A DNA stretch of 64,000 nt, taken from positions 64,001 to 128,000 of the IMG/VR virus record IMGVR_UViG_3300030451_004287. One strand, given 5' to 3'. Positions within the stretch are counted from its first letter, which is position 1; each line of letters starts with the position of its first letter. Shown piece by piece: positions 38,096-47,454 of the stretch. Under the pieces are notes generated by a model that was given only the letters and a program-made list of their open reading frames with translations, did no database searches and was not told the DNA's origin. Made by a program: the position numbers and the translations under genes. The stretch is from a virus.

Positions 38096-39120
38096 TTACA
38101 TACTTTCGTAGCTCATCATATAATACGCATAATATGTGTGAGCAACAATACTTTTTTGATTATGTCTTAGGCTATAAACAGCCATCAAACAAAAAAGCAG
38201 ATAAAGGAACGATTGTTCACAAAGCTTTAGAAATTTTAGCTTTTATTAAGTATACTGAACAACAAGATAAAAAAACGTTTATAGATGATATTATTGGTGA
38301 AGTTAATATCAATAATTATAATTTAGATAATATTATTAAACAGGTTTATGACTTTTATTCAAGTAATTTTACACATCATGAATGGAAACCAATAGATTTT
38401 AAAGATTGTTATAAATGGACATACAAAGCTATTAATTATGCTAATGGTATGTTTGATCCGAGAAATAGAAACATACTATATCCTGAACAAAGATTTGATA
38501 TAACTATAGATAAACCTTGGGCAAAATATGATTATGGAGATTTAAAAGGTGAACTTGCTATTAAAGGCACTATAGATTTAATCACTAGACCTAGCGAAGA
38601 CACATTAGAAATTATTGATTGGAAAACTGGTCGTAGATTAGATTGGGCCACAGGACAAGAGAAAACACAGGAGAAATTAGAAAAAGATCCACAGCTTATG
38701 ATCTATTTCTACGCAGCTAAAAAACTATATCCAGAAATTAAAAATTGTATAGTTACAATATTCTTTATTAATGATGGTGGTCCTTTTAGCGTAAGTTTTC
38801 ATAATAATGATTTATTAGCCACAGAAGATTTATTAAGAGAAAAATTTAATAGAATAAAACAATGTAAGTTACCTAGACTAAGCAAAAGTTGGAAATGCAC
38901 TAAATTGTGTATGTACGGTAAAAAAACTTTTGAAGATACACATATACCAGTAATTACGGAATATAGAGATAATCAAATCTGTAATGTTGGAGAGTCAATG
39001 ACTATGTGCGAACAAGTTAAACACGATATCCAACTAAAAGGCATGAAGGAAGTGGTTGACGAATACACAGTTCCCGGTTATAATGTAGGACATTACAAAG
39101 CACCCGGAAGTACGGAATGA
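38089..39120 (+). CDS. PD-(D/E)XK exonuclease, AddB/Cas4-like (probable Fe-S cluster); apparent non-AUG start
   Basis: SSS...C, GTIVHKALE, E, GTIDL, IIDWKTG, QL..Y and C-terminal Cys cluster; frame is open from 38077, first ATG at 38134. Confidence 0.8.
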   Translation: MIITYFRSSSYNTHNMCEQQYFFDYVLGYKQPSNKKADKGTIVHKALEILAFIKYTEQQDKKTFIDDIIGEVNINNYNLDNIIKQVYDFYSSNFTHHEWKPIDFKDCYKWTYKAINYANGMFDPRNRNILYPEQRFDITIDKPWAKYDYGDLKGELAIKGTIDLITRPSEDTLEIIDWKTGRRLDWATGQEKTQEKLEKDPQLMIYFYAAKKLYPEIKNCIVTIFFINDGGPFSVSFHNNDLLATEDLLREKFNRIKQCKLPRLSKSWKCTKLCMYGKKTFEDTHIPVITEYRDNQICNVGESMTMCEQVKHDIQLKGMKEVVDEYTVPGYNVGHYKAPGSTE

Positions 39121-40973
39121 AGAAATATATACCTTTGCATGTGCATACGCACTACTCTTTGTTAGATGGTCTCAGTAAACCTATAGATATTGCTAATAGA
39201 TGTGAAAAAATAGGCGTTCCTAGTTGCGCTATCACAGATCATGGCAATATATCTGGATGTATTCAGTTCTATTCGACAATGAAAAGTCGTGGAATCAAAC
39301 CGATACTAGGTACAGAATTATATCTATGCGACCAATCACCAGAGGTCAAAGATAATTCTAATAAAAAACTTTCTCATATAGTTCTGCTTGCTAAAAATTT
39401 GCAAGGATGGAAAGATCTAATCAATATAGTCTCTGCTTCAAATAAACCAGAACACTATTATTACAAACCTAGACTTGATCTTAATAGTTTATATGAATTA
39501 GTAAATGGAAATATTATATGTTTGTGTGGACATCCCGGATCTTACTTAGCTAATCAAATTTATTCAGAGGGTAAGTTCGTAGACGATAAAACTATTGAGT
39601 CTAAAATAAAAGAATTACAAGATGTGTTTGGACAAGATAATACTTTTGTAGAAATACAAACAATGGATCAAACAAATGAGTATCAACAAAACATAGGATT
39701 GAAATTAAGAGACTTTTGTAAATCTAGACACATTAAAACCGTAGCTAGTTTAGACGCTCATTACTGCGAATCTGAGGATAGTGCTGATCAAAGAATTTTA
39801 TTATGTAGTAATCTTAAACTAACACTACCCCAAGTAGCATCAAAAATAACTAATGACGAAGAGTTTGGATTAAGTAGTTTTTTTAAGTCTGATCAATATC
39901 ATATTCTATCTCATGAAGAAATCAACGCTGTAAATACAGAGGAAGAAATAGAAAACACTAACGTTATAAACGAAATGTGTGAAGAATATGAAATACTTAA
40001 CAAACCTATTTTACCTAACTTTAATTGTCCAGAAGGATTTGCACCAGATGAATATTTAAGACAATTATGTAGAGATGGCTGGAAAGATAAAATACAAGAT
40101 AGTATACCAAAAGAAAATCATGGCGAATATGTAGATAGAGTAAAGTATGAACTAGATGTTTTACAGTCGGCTAACCTATCTAGTTATTTTTTAATTGTTC
40201 AAGATATTGTGAACTATCTTCATAAGAAAGATTGGTTACCGGGTCCGGGTAGAGGTAGTGCTGCTGGTTGTTTAGTATCATACTTAATCGGCATAACTTC
40301 AATCGACCCTATTAAATACAATCTAATTTTTGAAAGATTCTATAATGCAGGGCGAAATACTAAGGATAGAATTTCTATGCCTGATATTGATGTAGACGTA
40401 CCAATCAATCATAGAGAAGAAATTATTAATTATATTAAAGATACTTACGGATCTAACAAAGTATCTCAAATGATTACATATAATACACTAAAAGGTAGAG
40501 GCGCACTGAAAGAAGTATTGAGAGTATATGGTAATATATCTTTTGAAGAAATGAATCAGATTACTAAATGCTTACCTGATGAAGCTAAGATCGCTGATGA
40601 ACTTCAAGAAATGAAAGATGAAAATGGAGAAGCGTCAATTATCCAATGGGCATTGGAAAATAATTCTAAAAAGTTAAAAGATTGGTGTTATCTTAAAGAT
40701 GATAAATTAGAAGGGCCTCTTGCCAAACGTTTTGAACAAGCTATTAGATTAGAAGGAACTAAATACAATCAATCTAAACATGCTGCTGGAATTGCTATAT
40801 CTAGACATGATCTGTCAACAGTATGTCCTATGATTTATGATACTAAAACAAAACAAAATATTGCTGGATTAGAAATGAATGATTTGGAATCATTAGGCAT
40901 TGTAAAATTTGATATTCTTGGTATTGCTTTACTAGATAAAATGATGCAAATTAAACAATATCTGAAAGGTTAA
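39117..40973 (+). CDS. dnaE: DNA polymerase III alpha, N-terminal half (PHP plus palm/thumb)
   Basis: HVHTHYSLLDG, TDHG, GPGRGSAAG, FERF, MPDIDVD, HAAG and KFDILG; ends right after the third catalytic Asp. Confidence 0.93.
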   Translation: MKKYIPLHVHTHYSLLDGLSKPIDIANRCEKIGVPSCAITDHGNISGCIQFYSTMKSRGIKPILGTELYLCDQSPEVKDNSNKKLSHIVLLAKNLQGWKDLINIVSASNKPEHYYYKPRLDLNSLYELVNGNIICLCGHPGSYLANQIYSEGKFVDDKTIESKIKELQDVFGQDNTFVEIQTMDQTNEYQQNIGLKLRDFCKSRHIKTVASLDAHYCESEDSADQRILLCSNLKLTLPQVASKITNDEEFGLSSFFKSDQYHILSHEEINAVNTEEEIENTNVINEMCEEYEILNKPILPNFNCPEGFAPDEYLRQLCRDGWKDKIQDSIPKENHGEYVDRVKYELDVLQSANLSSYFLIVQDIVNYLHKKDWLPGPGRGSAAGCLVSYLIGITSIDPIKYNLIFERFYNAGRNTKDRISMPDIDVDVPINHREEIINYIKDTYGSNKVSQMITYNTLKGRGALKEVLRVYGNISFEEMNQITKCLPDEAKIADELQEMKDENGEASIIQWALENNSKKLKDWCYLKDDKLEGPLAKRFEQAIRLEGTKYNQSKHAAGIAISRHDLSTVCPMIYDTKTKQNIAGLEMNDLESLGIVKFDILGIALLDKMMQIKQYLKG

Positions 40974-40976
40974 ATT

Positions 40977-41165
40977 ATGGTACAGTTTTATGTTATGCCT
41001 GAAGGCGATCCGTTTACCTTTAATGGTAAAAGATACAAGAAGATAAAAGAGGAAAGAGTTAGTTGTTGTAAAATTAAACATAATGCTTTAGACATTGATA
41101 CTAATGAAAAGATAGCTATACAGCCTAAACAAGAAGTTACACCGGTGAGAAGTCATGACGAATAA
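40977..41165 (+). CDS. small hypothetical protein
   Basis: 62 aa with AAGG RBS, filling the gap between dnaE-N and the exonuclease. Confidence 0.6.
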   Translation: MVQFYVMPEGDPFTFNGKRYKKIKEERVSCCKIKHNALDIDTNEKIAIQPKQEVTPVRSHDE

Positions 41166-41865
41166 TAAAATTTGTGTTTTTGATTTTGAGACTGACGGTT
41201 CTGATCCAACAGAATGCAGTCCTGTTCAATTATCTTCAGTTATAGTAGATCCTATTAAGTTAGAAATAGTAAAAGATTCAGAATTTAATATTTACTTAAA
41301 GCCAGAAAAGCTATGCAAGGCTAAGGCTGTATCTATAAATAATCACCCGTATATGGATTCTGATATATTAGAATGGCACGGTAAGGTAAAAGGTGTAGAT
41401 AAAGCCGAAATATTGGAGAGTTGGCTAACCTACCCGGATGCAAAACATTCTTGGAAACAATTTATGGAGTATCTAGAGTCTTACCATCTGTTTAGAAGCG
41501 GCGGTAAAAAGACAAAGTTTTCTGCGCCTATAGCTTCAGGTTATAATATAATTAGTTTTGATATGAAGATTGTAGATCGCTTTGCCAAAAAATACGGAGG
41601 GTACGATAAAAAAGAAAAAGGTAATTCTATATTTCATCCTAGAGACAAAATTGATATCATGAGTCTTGTATATATTTGGTTTAGATATATACCAGAAATT
41701 AAATCAATATCATTGGATAATATTAGAAACTATTTAGGTATTGACGCAACTAATGCTCACGATGCCGTTAAAGATGTAACTGACTGTGCAGAAATACTTA
41801 TCAGATTTTTGAAACTTCATAAAAATTTTGTTAGTAAGATAAAGTTTAAAGACTCATTTAAATGA
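41155..41865 (+). CDS. DEDDh 3'-5' exonuclease (DnaQ/epsilon-like)
   Basis: ExoI FDFETDG, ExoII GYNIISFD, ExoIII AHDAVKD. Confidence 0.88.
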   Translation: MTNNKICVFDFETDGSDPTECSPVQLSSVIVDPIKLEIVKDSEFNIYLKPEKLCKAKAVSINNHPYMDSDILEWHGKVKGVDKAEILESWLTYPDAKHSWKQFMEYLESYHLFRSGGKKTKFSAPIASGYNIISFDMKIVDRFAKKYGGYDKKEKGNSIFHPRDKIDIMSLVYIWFRYIPEIKSISLDNIRNYLGIDATNAHDAVKDVTDCAEILIRFLKLHKNFVSKIKFKDSFK

Positions 41866-43454
41866 AAAAAATAAAATTTAAATCTTGTGGTTGTGTTTTC
41901 CCATCTCACAACAATCATATAGAATATAACATTGACATATCAAATCTAGATTTAGAATGTAAATCTACATGGGATATCATAGGTAGTGGTAATACTAAAG
42001 GATGTTTCCAGCTAGAGTCTAGATTAGGGCAAATGATGTCCAAAAAACTCAAGCCAGAAAACATAGAACAGTTAGCAGCTTTAATTAGTATTATGCGTCC
42101 CGGCTGTTTGGAGGCGTACAGAGATGGTAAAAGCGTTAGTGATCACTACATAGACAAAAAAAATGGTATTGAATCTATAGATTATTTTCACCCATCTCTA
42201 GAACCTGTATTAAAAACAACCTATGGAGAAATGATTTATCAAGAACAGGCGATGGAAATAGCAAAAGTTATTGCTGGTTTTGGATTAGAAGAAGCGGATG
42301 TTCTTAGAAAAGCTATTGGTAAGAAAAAAGTAGATCTTATGAATAGCGTTAAAAAATCTTTTATACTAGGAGCACAAAAAACTAATGTAGTTTCTAAAGA
42401 AATCGCTGAAGAAATATTTGGATGGATCGAAAAAAGTCAAAGATATAGTTTTAATAAATCTCATGCTATTAGTTATGCCTTGAATGCATACTTATCAGCA
42501 TACTCTAAAGCACATTTTCCTGCTCATTTTTTTGCGTCTTATTTAAAGTTTGCGCAAGACAAGATTGATCCAATGAAAGAGATTTATGAACTTATAAATA
42601 ATTGCAGAGAAATGGATATTGATGTATACAAACCAGATTTTAGAAAGCTCTCAAGATCTTTTACTATAGATGATGATAAGAATATATATTTCGGTTTAAC
42701 AAATATTAAAGGTGTTGGAGAATCAGTATGTAACAAAATAGAAATTTTAGTGAAAGATATGGACTTGGAAAATATGTCATATCTAGAAACACTATTTAAA
42801 ATTTTAGATAAAATCAATCAAACCGCTAGTAAAGCTATGATTAGTGTGGGTTGTTTTGATTATTTAAATGTTGGTAGAAGAGAGATGTTATTTCATTTTA
42901 GTCTTATAAATGATCTGACAAAAAAAGAAAAAGATACTATATCAGCAAATCTTGAGTCATTAGCTTCTTTAGAAGATTGTTTACATTTCCTTGACGATAA
43001 AGTAAACATAAGAAGAAAACAAAAAGTATTAGCTGTATTACATACTCTTAAAAATCCTCCATATAAACTTGAAGACAGTTGTCTGTGGATAGCAGATCAA
43101 GAAAATCAACTACTGGGCATAAGTATTACATGCTCAAAAATAGATGAATACAGTTTAGAAAATGTTAACTCAACATGTAGAGATTTAAATAATGATAAAT
43201 GTATTTATAAGAATATTATTCTAGGAATAGAAATTAAAGAAGTTAATGTAATTAAAACAAAACGCGGAGCAAATCCGGGTCAAGAAATGTGTTTTGCTAA
43301 AGTGTCAGATAATACTGGAGGCGTAGATATTGTTGTATTTCCAGAACAATACGCTAAATATAAAGACGTACTACAAACTGACACAACAGCTATCCTAAGC
43401 CTAGAAAAATCTAAAAATGACAGTCTTATAGTTAAAAAAATTTGGCAGTTATAA
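41862..43454 (+). CDS. dnaE: DNA polymerase III alpha, C-terminal half (fingers, HhH, OB fold)
   Basis: GCFQLES, RPG, TYG..IYQEQ.M, RKAIGKK, YSFNKSHA, GL..IKGVG, E..LLG and OB-fold motif KTKRG..M.F. Confidence 0.92.
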   Translation: MKKIKFKSCGCVFPSHNNHIEYNIDISNLDLECKSTWDIIGSGNTKGCFQLESRLGQMMSKKLKPENIEQLAALISIMRPGCLEAYRDGKSVSDHYIDKKNGIESIDYFHPSLEPVLKTTYGEMIYQEQAMEIAKVIAGFGLEEADVLRKAIGKKKVDLMNSVKKSFILGAQKTNVVSKEIAEEIFGWIEKSQRYSFNKSHAISYALNAYLSAYSKAHFPAHFFASYLKFAQDKIDPMKEIYELINNCREMDIDVYKPDFRKLSRSFTIDDDKNIYFGLTNIKGVGESVCNKIEILVKDMDLENMSYLETLFKILDKINQTASKAMISVGCFDYLNVGRREMLFHFSLINDLTKKEKDTISANLESLASLEDCLHFLDDKVNIRRKQKVLAVLHTLKNPPYKLEDSCLWIADQENQLLGISITCSKIDEYSLENVNSTCRDLNNDKCIYKNIILGIEIKEVNVIKTKRGANPGQEMCFAKVSDNTGGVDIVVFPEQYAKYKDVLQTDTTAILSLEKSKNDSLIVKKIWQL

Positions 43455-43455
43455 C

Positions 43456-43485
43456 TTGACATATTGATAGCTAATTGTACTATAG
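43456..43485 (+). promoter_or_regulatory. sigma70-type promoter TTGACA-N16-TACTAT(AG) upstream of ssb
   Basis: Consensus -35 and near-consensus -10, intergenic, followed by AAGGAG RBS. Confidence 0.65.
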
Positions 43486-43529
43486 AAGGTATTGAAAACT
43501 ATTCGTTTTGAACTTTAAAAGGAGATGAT

Positions 43530-43904
43530 ATGAATCTTATTGTATTAAAGGGTAATCTTGCTCGTGATCCAGACCTGCGATCAATCACCACAGGTAACAG
43601 GGATACTTCTGTTGTAAATTTTACGGTAGCTGTTTCTAGGGAATATAGGAAATCAGACGGTACTACTGATAAGAATACAACATTTGTAAATTGCGAAGCA
43701 TGGGACAGTGGAGCAGAGGCTATTGCATCTACTTTTAAAAAGGGCGATCTAGTTATGCTAGAAGGTTCTTTGCGTAATGATAACTGGGAAAAAGATGGTG
43801 TTAAGCATTCATCTATGAAAGTTCGTGTCAGCAATTTTGGTAAAATTCAAAAAACTAAAAAGTCTTCCGCAAAGACAGAAGATGAAGCTGTAACAGCATT
43901 CTAG
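43530..43904 (+). CDS. ssb: single-stranded DNA-binding protein
   Basis: MN...L.GNL.RDP.LR, F.VAV, F.NCEAW, KG..V..EG.L...W motifs; acidic tail ending in Phe. Confidence 0.93.
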   Translation: MNLIVLKGNLARDPDLRSITTGNRDTSVVNFTVAVSREYRKSDGTTDKNTTFVNCEAWDSGAEAIASTFKKGDLVMLEGSLRNDNWEKDGVKHSSMKVRVSNFGKIQKTKKSSAKTEDEAVTAF

Positions 43905-43912
43905 GATTTTAT

Positions 43913-45538
43913 ATGAAAAAAAGAATTATGATGCTAACCGAATCTGGGCATATTATGTCTGGATTCGGTAATTATACTAGAAATGTTCTTTCTAGATTAC
44001 ACAATACAGGGAAGTATGAAATAGCAGAACTGTCTTGTTATAGAGATAAAAACGTCCCTAAAACAGAGGCATGGAAGGTATACCCTAATGTTCCAACAGG
44101 TGAAGAATCTGAAAAAAAATATAGAGGTATTACATCATCAGTTTTTGGTGCTTGGGGTTTTGAAACCGCCTGTTTAGATTTTAAACCAGATATTGTATTT
44201 GATATTAGAGATTACTGGATGCTAAACTTTCCAGAGTATTCTCCGTTTAGGCCATTTTTCCATTGGGTATTAGCACCAACCATCGACTCTGCACCACAAA
44301 GAAAAGAATGGTTACAAACATATTCTAACGCTGATTTAGTTTCTGGTCATACTCAATGGGGTATTGATTACCTAAAACAATTTTCAAATATAAATACAAC
44401 ATTTCCAGTTAATGATTCTGTAGATGTAAATAATTTTAAGCCTGTGTCTATAGATAAAAAAGCTCACAAAGCTAATCATTTTTTAGATCCTAATGATTTT
44501 ATTGTTGGTAGTGTTATGCGTAATCAAAAACGCAAATTAATTCCTAATCTTATTAAAGTTATTAAACAACTCAATAAGAAATATCCAAGAATTAAATTAC
44601 ATTTACACACTAGTTATCCAGACAACGCTGGATGGCCAATACCTGAACTAATGTTAGAGCATGATGCTGCCGATATAGTTTACTTTACTTACAAGTGTGC
44701 TCACTGTGGAAAATATTCTGTAATGAGTTTCAAGGAAGGACTTGCTATATGTCCACATTGTAAAAATCAATCAGCTAATATATGTAATGTATCTCAAGGT
44801 TTAAATGATAGTGAATTATGTTCAGTATATAATTTATTTGATACATATGTTCAGTATGCTATATGTGAAGGTTTTGGTATACCTCCTGTAGAAGCAGCAG
44901 CGTGTGGCTTGTCTTTGATTACTGTAGATCATGGTGCTATGCGAGAAATTGGAGATAATCTTAACGGAAGAATTGTTAAGTTAGCATCAACATTTAGAGA
45001 ATTAGAAACTAACGCTGAAAGAGTCAGTCCAGACGATGAAGATTTATATAATCAAATAGAACAGGAATATTTAAAACAAGAACAACAAAGTTGGCTACAG
45101 TCTTTAAAGTCTATAGAAGAAAACAGAAACACTCTGTTAGAAAACTACAGCTGGGATAAAACCGCTAAAGATTATGAAAAAATGTTTGATAACATTGAAT
45201 TAACTGGATTGCAAGGCAAATGGGATTCTCCACCTCAACCAATTAGTGAGGATACCAACGTAGACACACAAAATGTTCGAAGTAATAGGGAACTAATTGA
45301 TAAAGTAGTTTGCGAAATTATTAAATCTCCATATTTATTACGAACTGCTATGGTACAAACGGCAATTAGAAATTTAGATGCAGGATTTGTAAACGATGGC
45401 GGAACCATTAAACCTTATACCATGAAAGAAGCTAGTGGGTTTTTGGATCAATTATATAACTCTAAAAAAACATGGGATGCTATTCGTACAGGCTCTATGG
45501 AATTACCTGATCAGTTTAAAGAAATTATAGAATACTAA
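43913..45538 (+). CDS. GT4-like glycosyltransferase with zinc-ribbon insertion
   Basis: SGFG, RNQKRK, YN.FD.YVQ...EGFGIP.VEAAACG; CAHC...CPHC insert. Confidence 0.85.
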   Translation: MKKRIMMLTESGHIMSGFGNYTRNVLSRLHNTGKYEIAELSCYRDKNVPKTEAWKVYPNVPTGEESEKKYRGITSSVFGAWGFETACLDFKPDIVFDIRDYWMLNFPEYSPFRPFFHWVLAPTIDSAPQRKEWLQTYSNADLVSGHTQWGIDYLKQFSNINTTFPVNDSVDVNNFKPVSIDKKAHKANHFLDPNDFIVGSVMRNQKRKLIPNLIKVIKQLNKKYPRIKLHLHTSYPDNAGWPIPELMLEHDAADIVYFTYKCAHCGKYSVMSFKEGLAICPHCKNQSANICNVSQGLNDSELCSVYNLFDTYVQYAICEGFGIPPVEAAACGLSLITVDHGAMREIGDNLNGRIVKLASTFRELETNAERVSPDDEDLYNQIEQEYLKQEQQSWLQSLKSIEENRNTLLENYSWDKTAKDYEKMFDNIELTGLQGKWDSPPQPISEDTNVDTQNVRSNRELIDKVVCEIIKSPYLLRTAMVQTAIRNLDAGFVNDGGTIKPYTMKEASGFLDQLYNSKKTWDAIRTGSMELPDQFKEIIEY

Positions 45539-45543
45539 ACTAA

Positions 45544-46602
45544 ATGAATGCTCTTTATTTGGGTCATTATAGGGAAGACACGGATGCAGGTAGTTCTTCT
45601 CGTAGATTTATACATGGTTTACTAAAAAAGGGCATCAATGTTGCTGTAAGACCATTGTATCATTTTCGCAACAAAACGTTTAGACTAACAGATCAAGAAA
45701 TTCTTAAAGTAGAAAATGCTGAATATAGCAATTATGATTGTGTGTTTCAGCACACGGTTCCTATAAACTTCTGTTATAATAAAAATTTGGGACAAAATAT
45801 AGGAGTATTAGATCTACAAACTTTTAATACTCAATATGGATCTACGATAGATCACATAAGCTTAATGGATAAGATTTACATTAGATCTTCTTATGGTATT
45901 AAAGATTTAAAAAAACATATAAAAAATACATCTATAGATATAGTACCAGAGCCTTTTGATAAAATAGATAATACTTATGTTAAAAATGATGATGAGTATA
46001 GATTTTACGCTAGAGGTAGCACAGATAATCGCTATAACTTATTTAAGATTGTAGTAGCGTTTTTGTCTGAGTTTGCTAACGAAAATATACCTCAATTAAT
46101 TTTATACATGAATGAGGACGAATCTAAAATAACTAGCATGTTAAATAAAGCATATAAAAAATTAAATGTAAAAGCTAACACTTCTGAAAAAATTGTTGTT
46201 GTAAATAACAAATATAATGAAGAAGAAGAAAACAACATTATTAAAAATATACATTGCGCAATTAATATAGATAAAGCAGATAGTTCAGCTGTGTTTACTA
46301 TTAGAAATTTACTTTATAAAAATATTGTTATTACACAAAAAAACTCTGCCTCTTGTTACTATGTCAATGATAATAATGGTATACTTGCAGAAAGTTATCC
46401 AACTAATATAGATGATATGGAAAATTGTTATGATAATAGTATACAGTCTATATATGAAAAATGGTACGACACAGATATCAATTCTCTAAAAGCATGTATG
46501 AGAAACGCTTATTGTTTATCTGAAAATGAAACACAAAGTAAAAAAATTAATATTGATACAAGTCTATTTTCCTATAACAAATTTTGTGAAACTATATTAT
46601 GA
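45544..46602 (+). CDS. divergent GT-B fold glycosyltransferase
   Basis: LY.GHYRE, QH..P, FY..G....RYN....V.AF..EF; C-terminal E-x7-E motif degenerate. Confidence 0.6.
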   Translation: MNALYLGHYREDTDAGSSSRRFIHGLLKKGINVAVRPLYHFRNKTFRLTDQEILKVENAEYSNYDCVFQHTVPINFCYNKNLGQNIGVLDLQTFNTQYGSTIDHISLMDKIYIRSSYGIKDLKKHIKNTSIDIVPEPFDKIDNTYVKNDDEYRFYARGSTDNRYNLFKIVVAFLSEFANENIPQLILYMNEDESKITSMLNKAYKKLNVKANTSEKIVVVNNKYNEEEENNIIKNIHCAINIDKADSSAVFTIRNLLYKNIVITQKNSASCYYVNDNNGILAESYPTNIDDMENCYDNSIQSIYEKWYDTDINSLKACMRNAYCLSENETQSKKINIDTSLFSYNKFCETIL

Positions 46603-47045
46603 TTGATAGCCTAATAAAAAAAGAACTAAATGAAATTAATATTGTATGGATACCATCAAACAATAAAAATTTTGAAAATCTGTTTGATAGTTTAGGTTTT
46701 AATTATTTCCATTTGACAGATTTCTTTTTAGGTCTATGCTCTCCAAATTTAGTTATCACTAATAATAGATTTAGTAAATTTGATACAGCTATTAATTTAT
46801 GCTTAACTCATCATTGTAATTTAATTATAATTGACCACGACGAAAAACCAGATATAATATCTACTGACAAAATCATATCCAAAATGAAGTTAGTTCCTAA
46901 CGTACTTCAAATAGCTGCGACTCCAAATGTATATCACTCTTGGGGTAACATACACGATATTGTGCTAGATACAGGTATTATACAAGAAGATTTTAGTAAA
47001 ATATTAACATCGTTTTATAAGAAAATATTTAAAGTACATGAATAA
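46599..47045 (+). CDS. hypothetical protein (possible degenerate GT N-domain)
   Basis: 148 aa, ATGA-coupled, very AT-rich. Confidence 0.55.
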   Translation: MIDSLIKKELNEINIVWIPSNNKNFENLFDSLGFNYFHLTDFFLGLCSPNLVITNNRFSKFDTAINLCLTHHCNLIIIDHDEKPDIISTDKIISKMKLVPNVLQIAATPNVYHSWGNIHDIVLDTGIIQEDFSKILTSFYKKIFKVHE

Positions 47046-47454
47046 AATACATTTACATAATACAGAAAATCCTATTGATATACCTAAATATCACTCTTTG
47101 AACTTTGATCAAATGATTAAATTAGAAGATAATTCTGTTGAGTCTGTGTTTATGTTAGATATTCTAGATTATCATAATAAAACGCAAGCGTCTACAATAC
47201 TAGAAACTATACACAATAAATTAATTAAAGATGGGGAACTGATCGTTCAATCGCCTGATTTAAAACAATTAATTATTTGTATGAATTTTAATAAAATTGA
47301 TTTTAATCAAGGTAAAGCTGTACTATATGATCAACGGGTTACTATGCACCAAATGGAAGACTTAATAAATAAAGTATGTGAACATAATTTTAAATGTAAA
47401 GTAAAAAAATATATTAACACATTTGAGTGTTTTTTAGAATTTAATAAAATATGA
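47038..47454 (+). CDS. truncated methyltransferase-like protein
   Basis: DNSVE.V...DILDY and L..DGEL.V..PD resemble the C-terminal half of Methyltransf_11. Confidence 0.5.
   Translation: MNKIHLHNTENPIDIPKYHSLNFDQMIKLEDNSVESVFMLDILDYHNKTQASTILETIHNKLIKDGELIVQSPDLKQLIICMNFNKIDFNQGKAVLYDQRVTMHQMEDLINKVCEHNFKCKVKKYINTFECFLEFNKI

Noticed and set aside
40900-41960. Split intein or self-splicing intron explaining the dnaE break (the two halves happen to be in the same frame)
   Set aside because: No Cys/Ser-initiated N-intein block follows KFDILG, and no His-Asn/Cys C-intein end precedes the fingers domain. The gap is fully occupied by two coupled ORFs with no room for ribozyme structure. dnaE-C has its own coupled ATG. 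Sharing a frame has a 1-in-3 chance.
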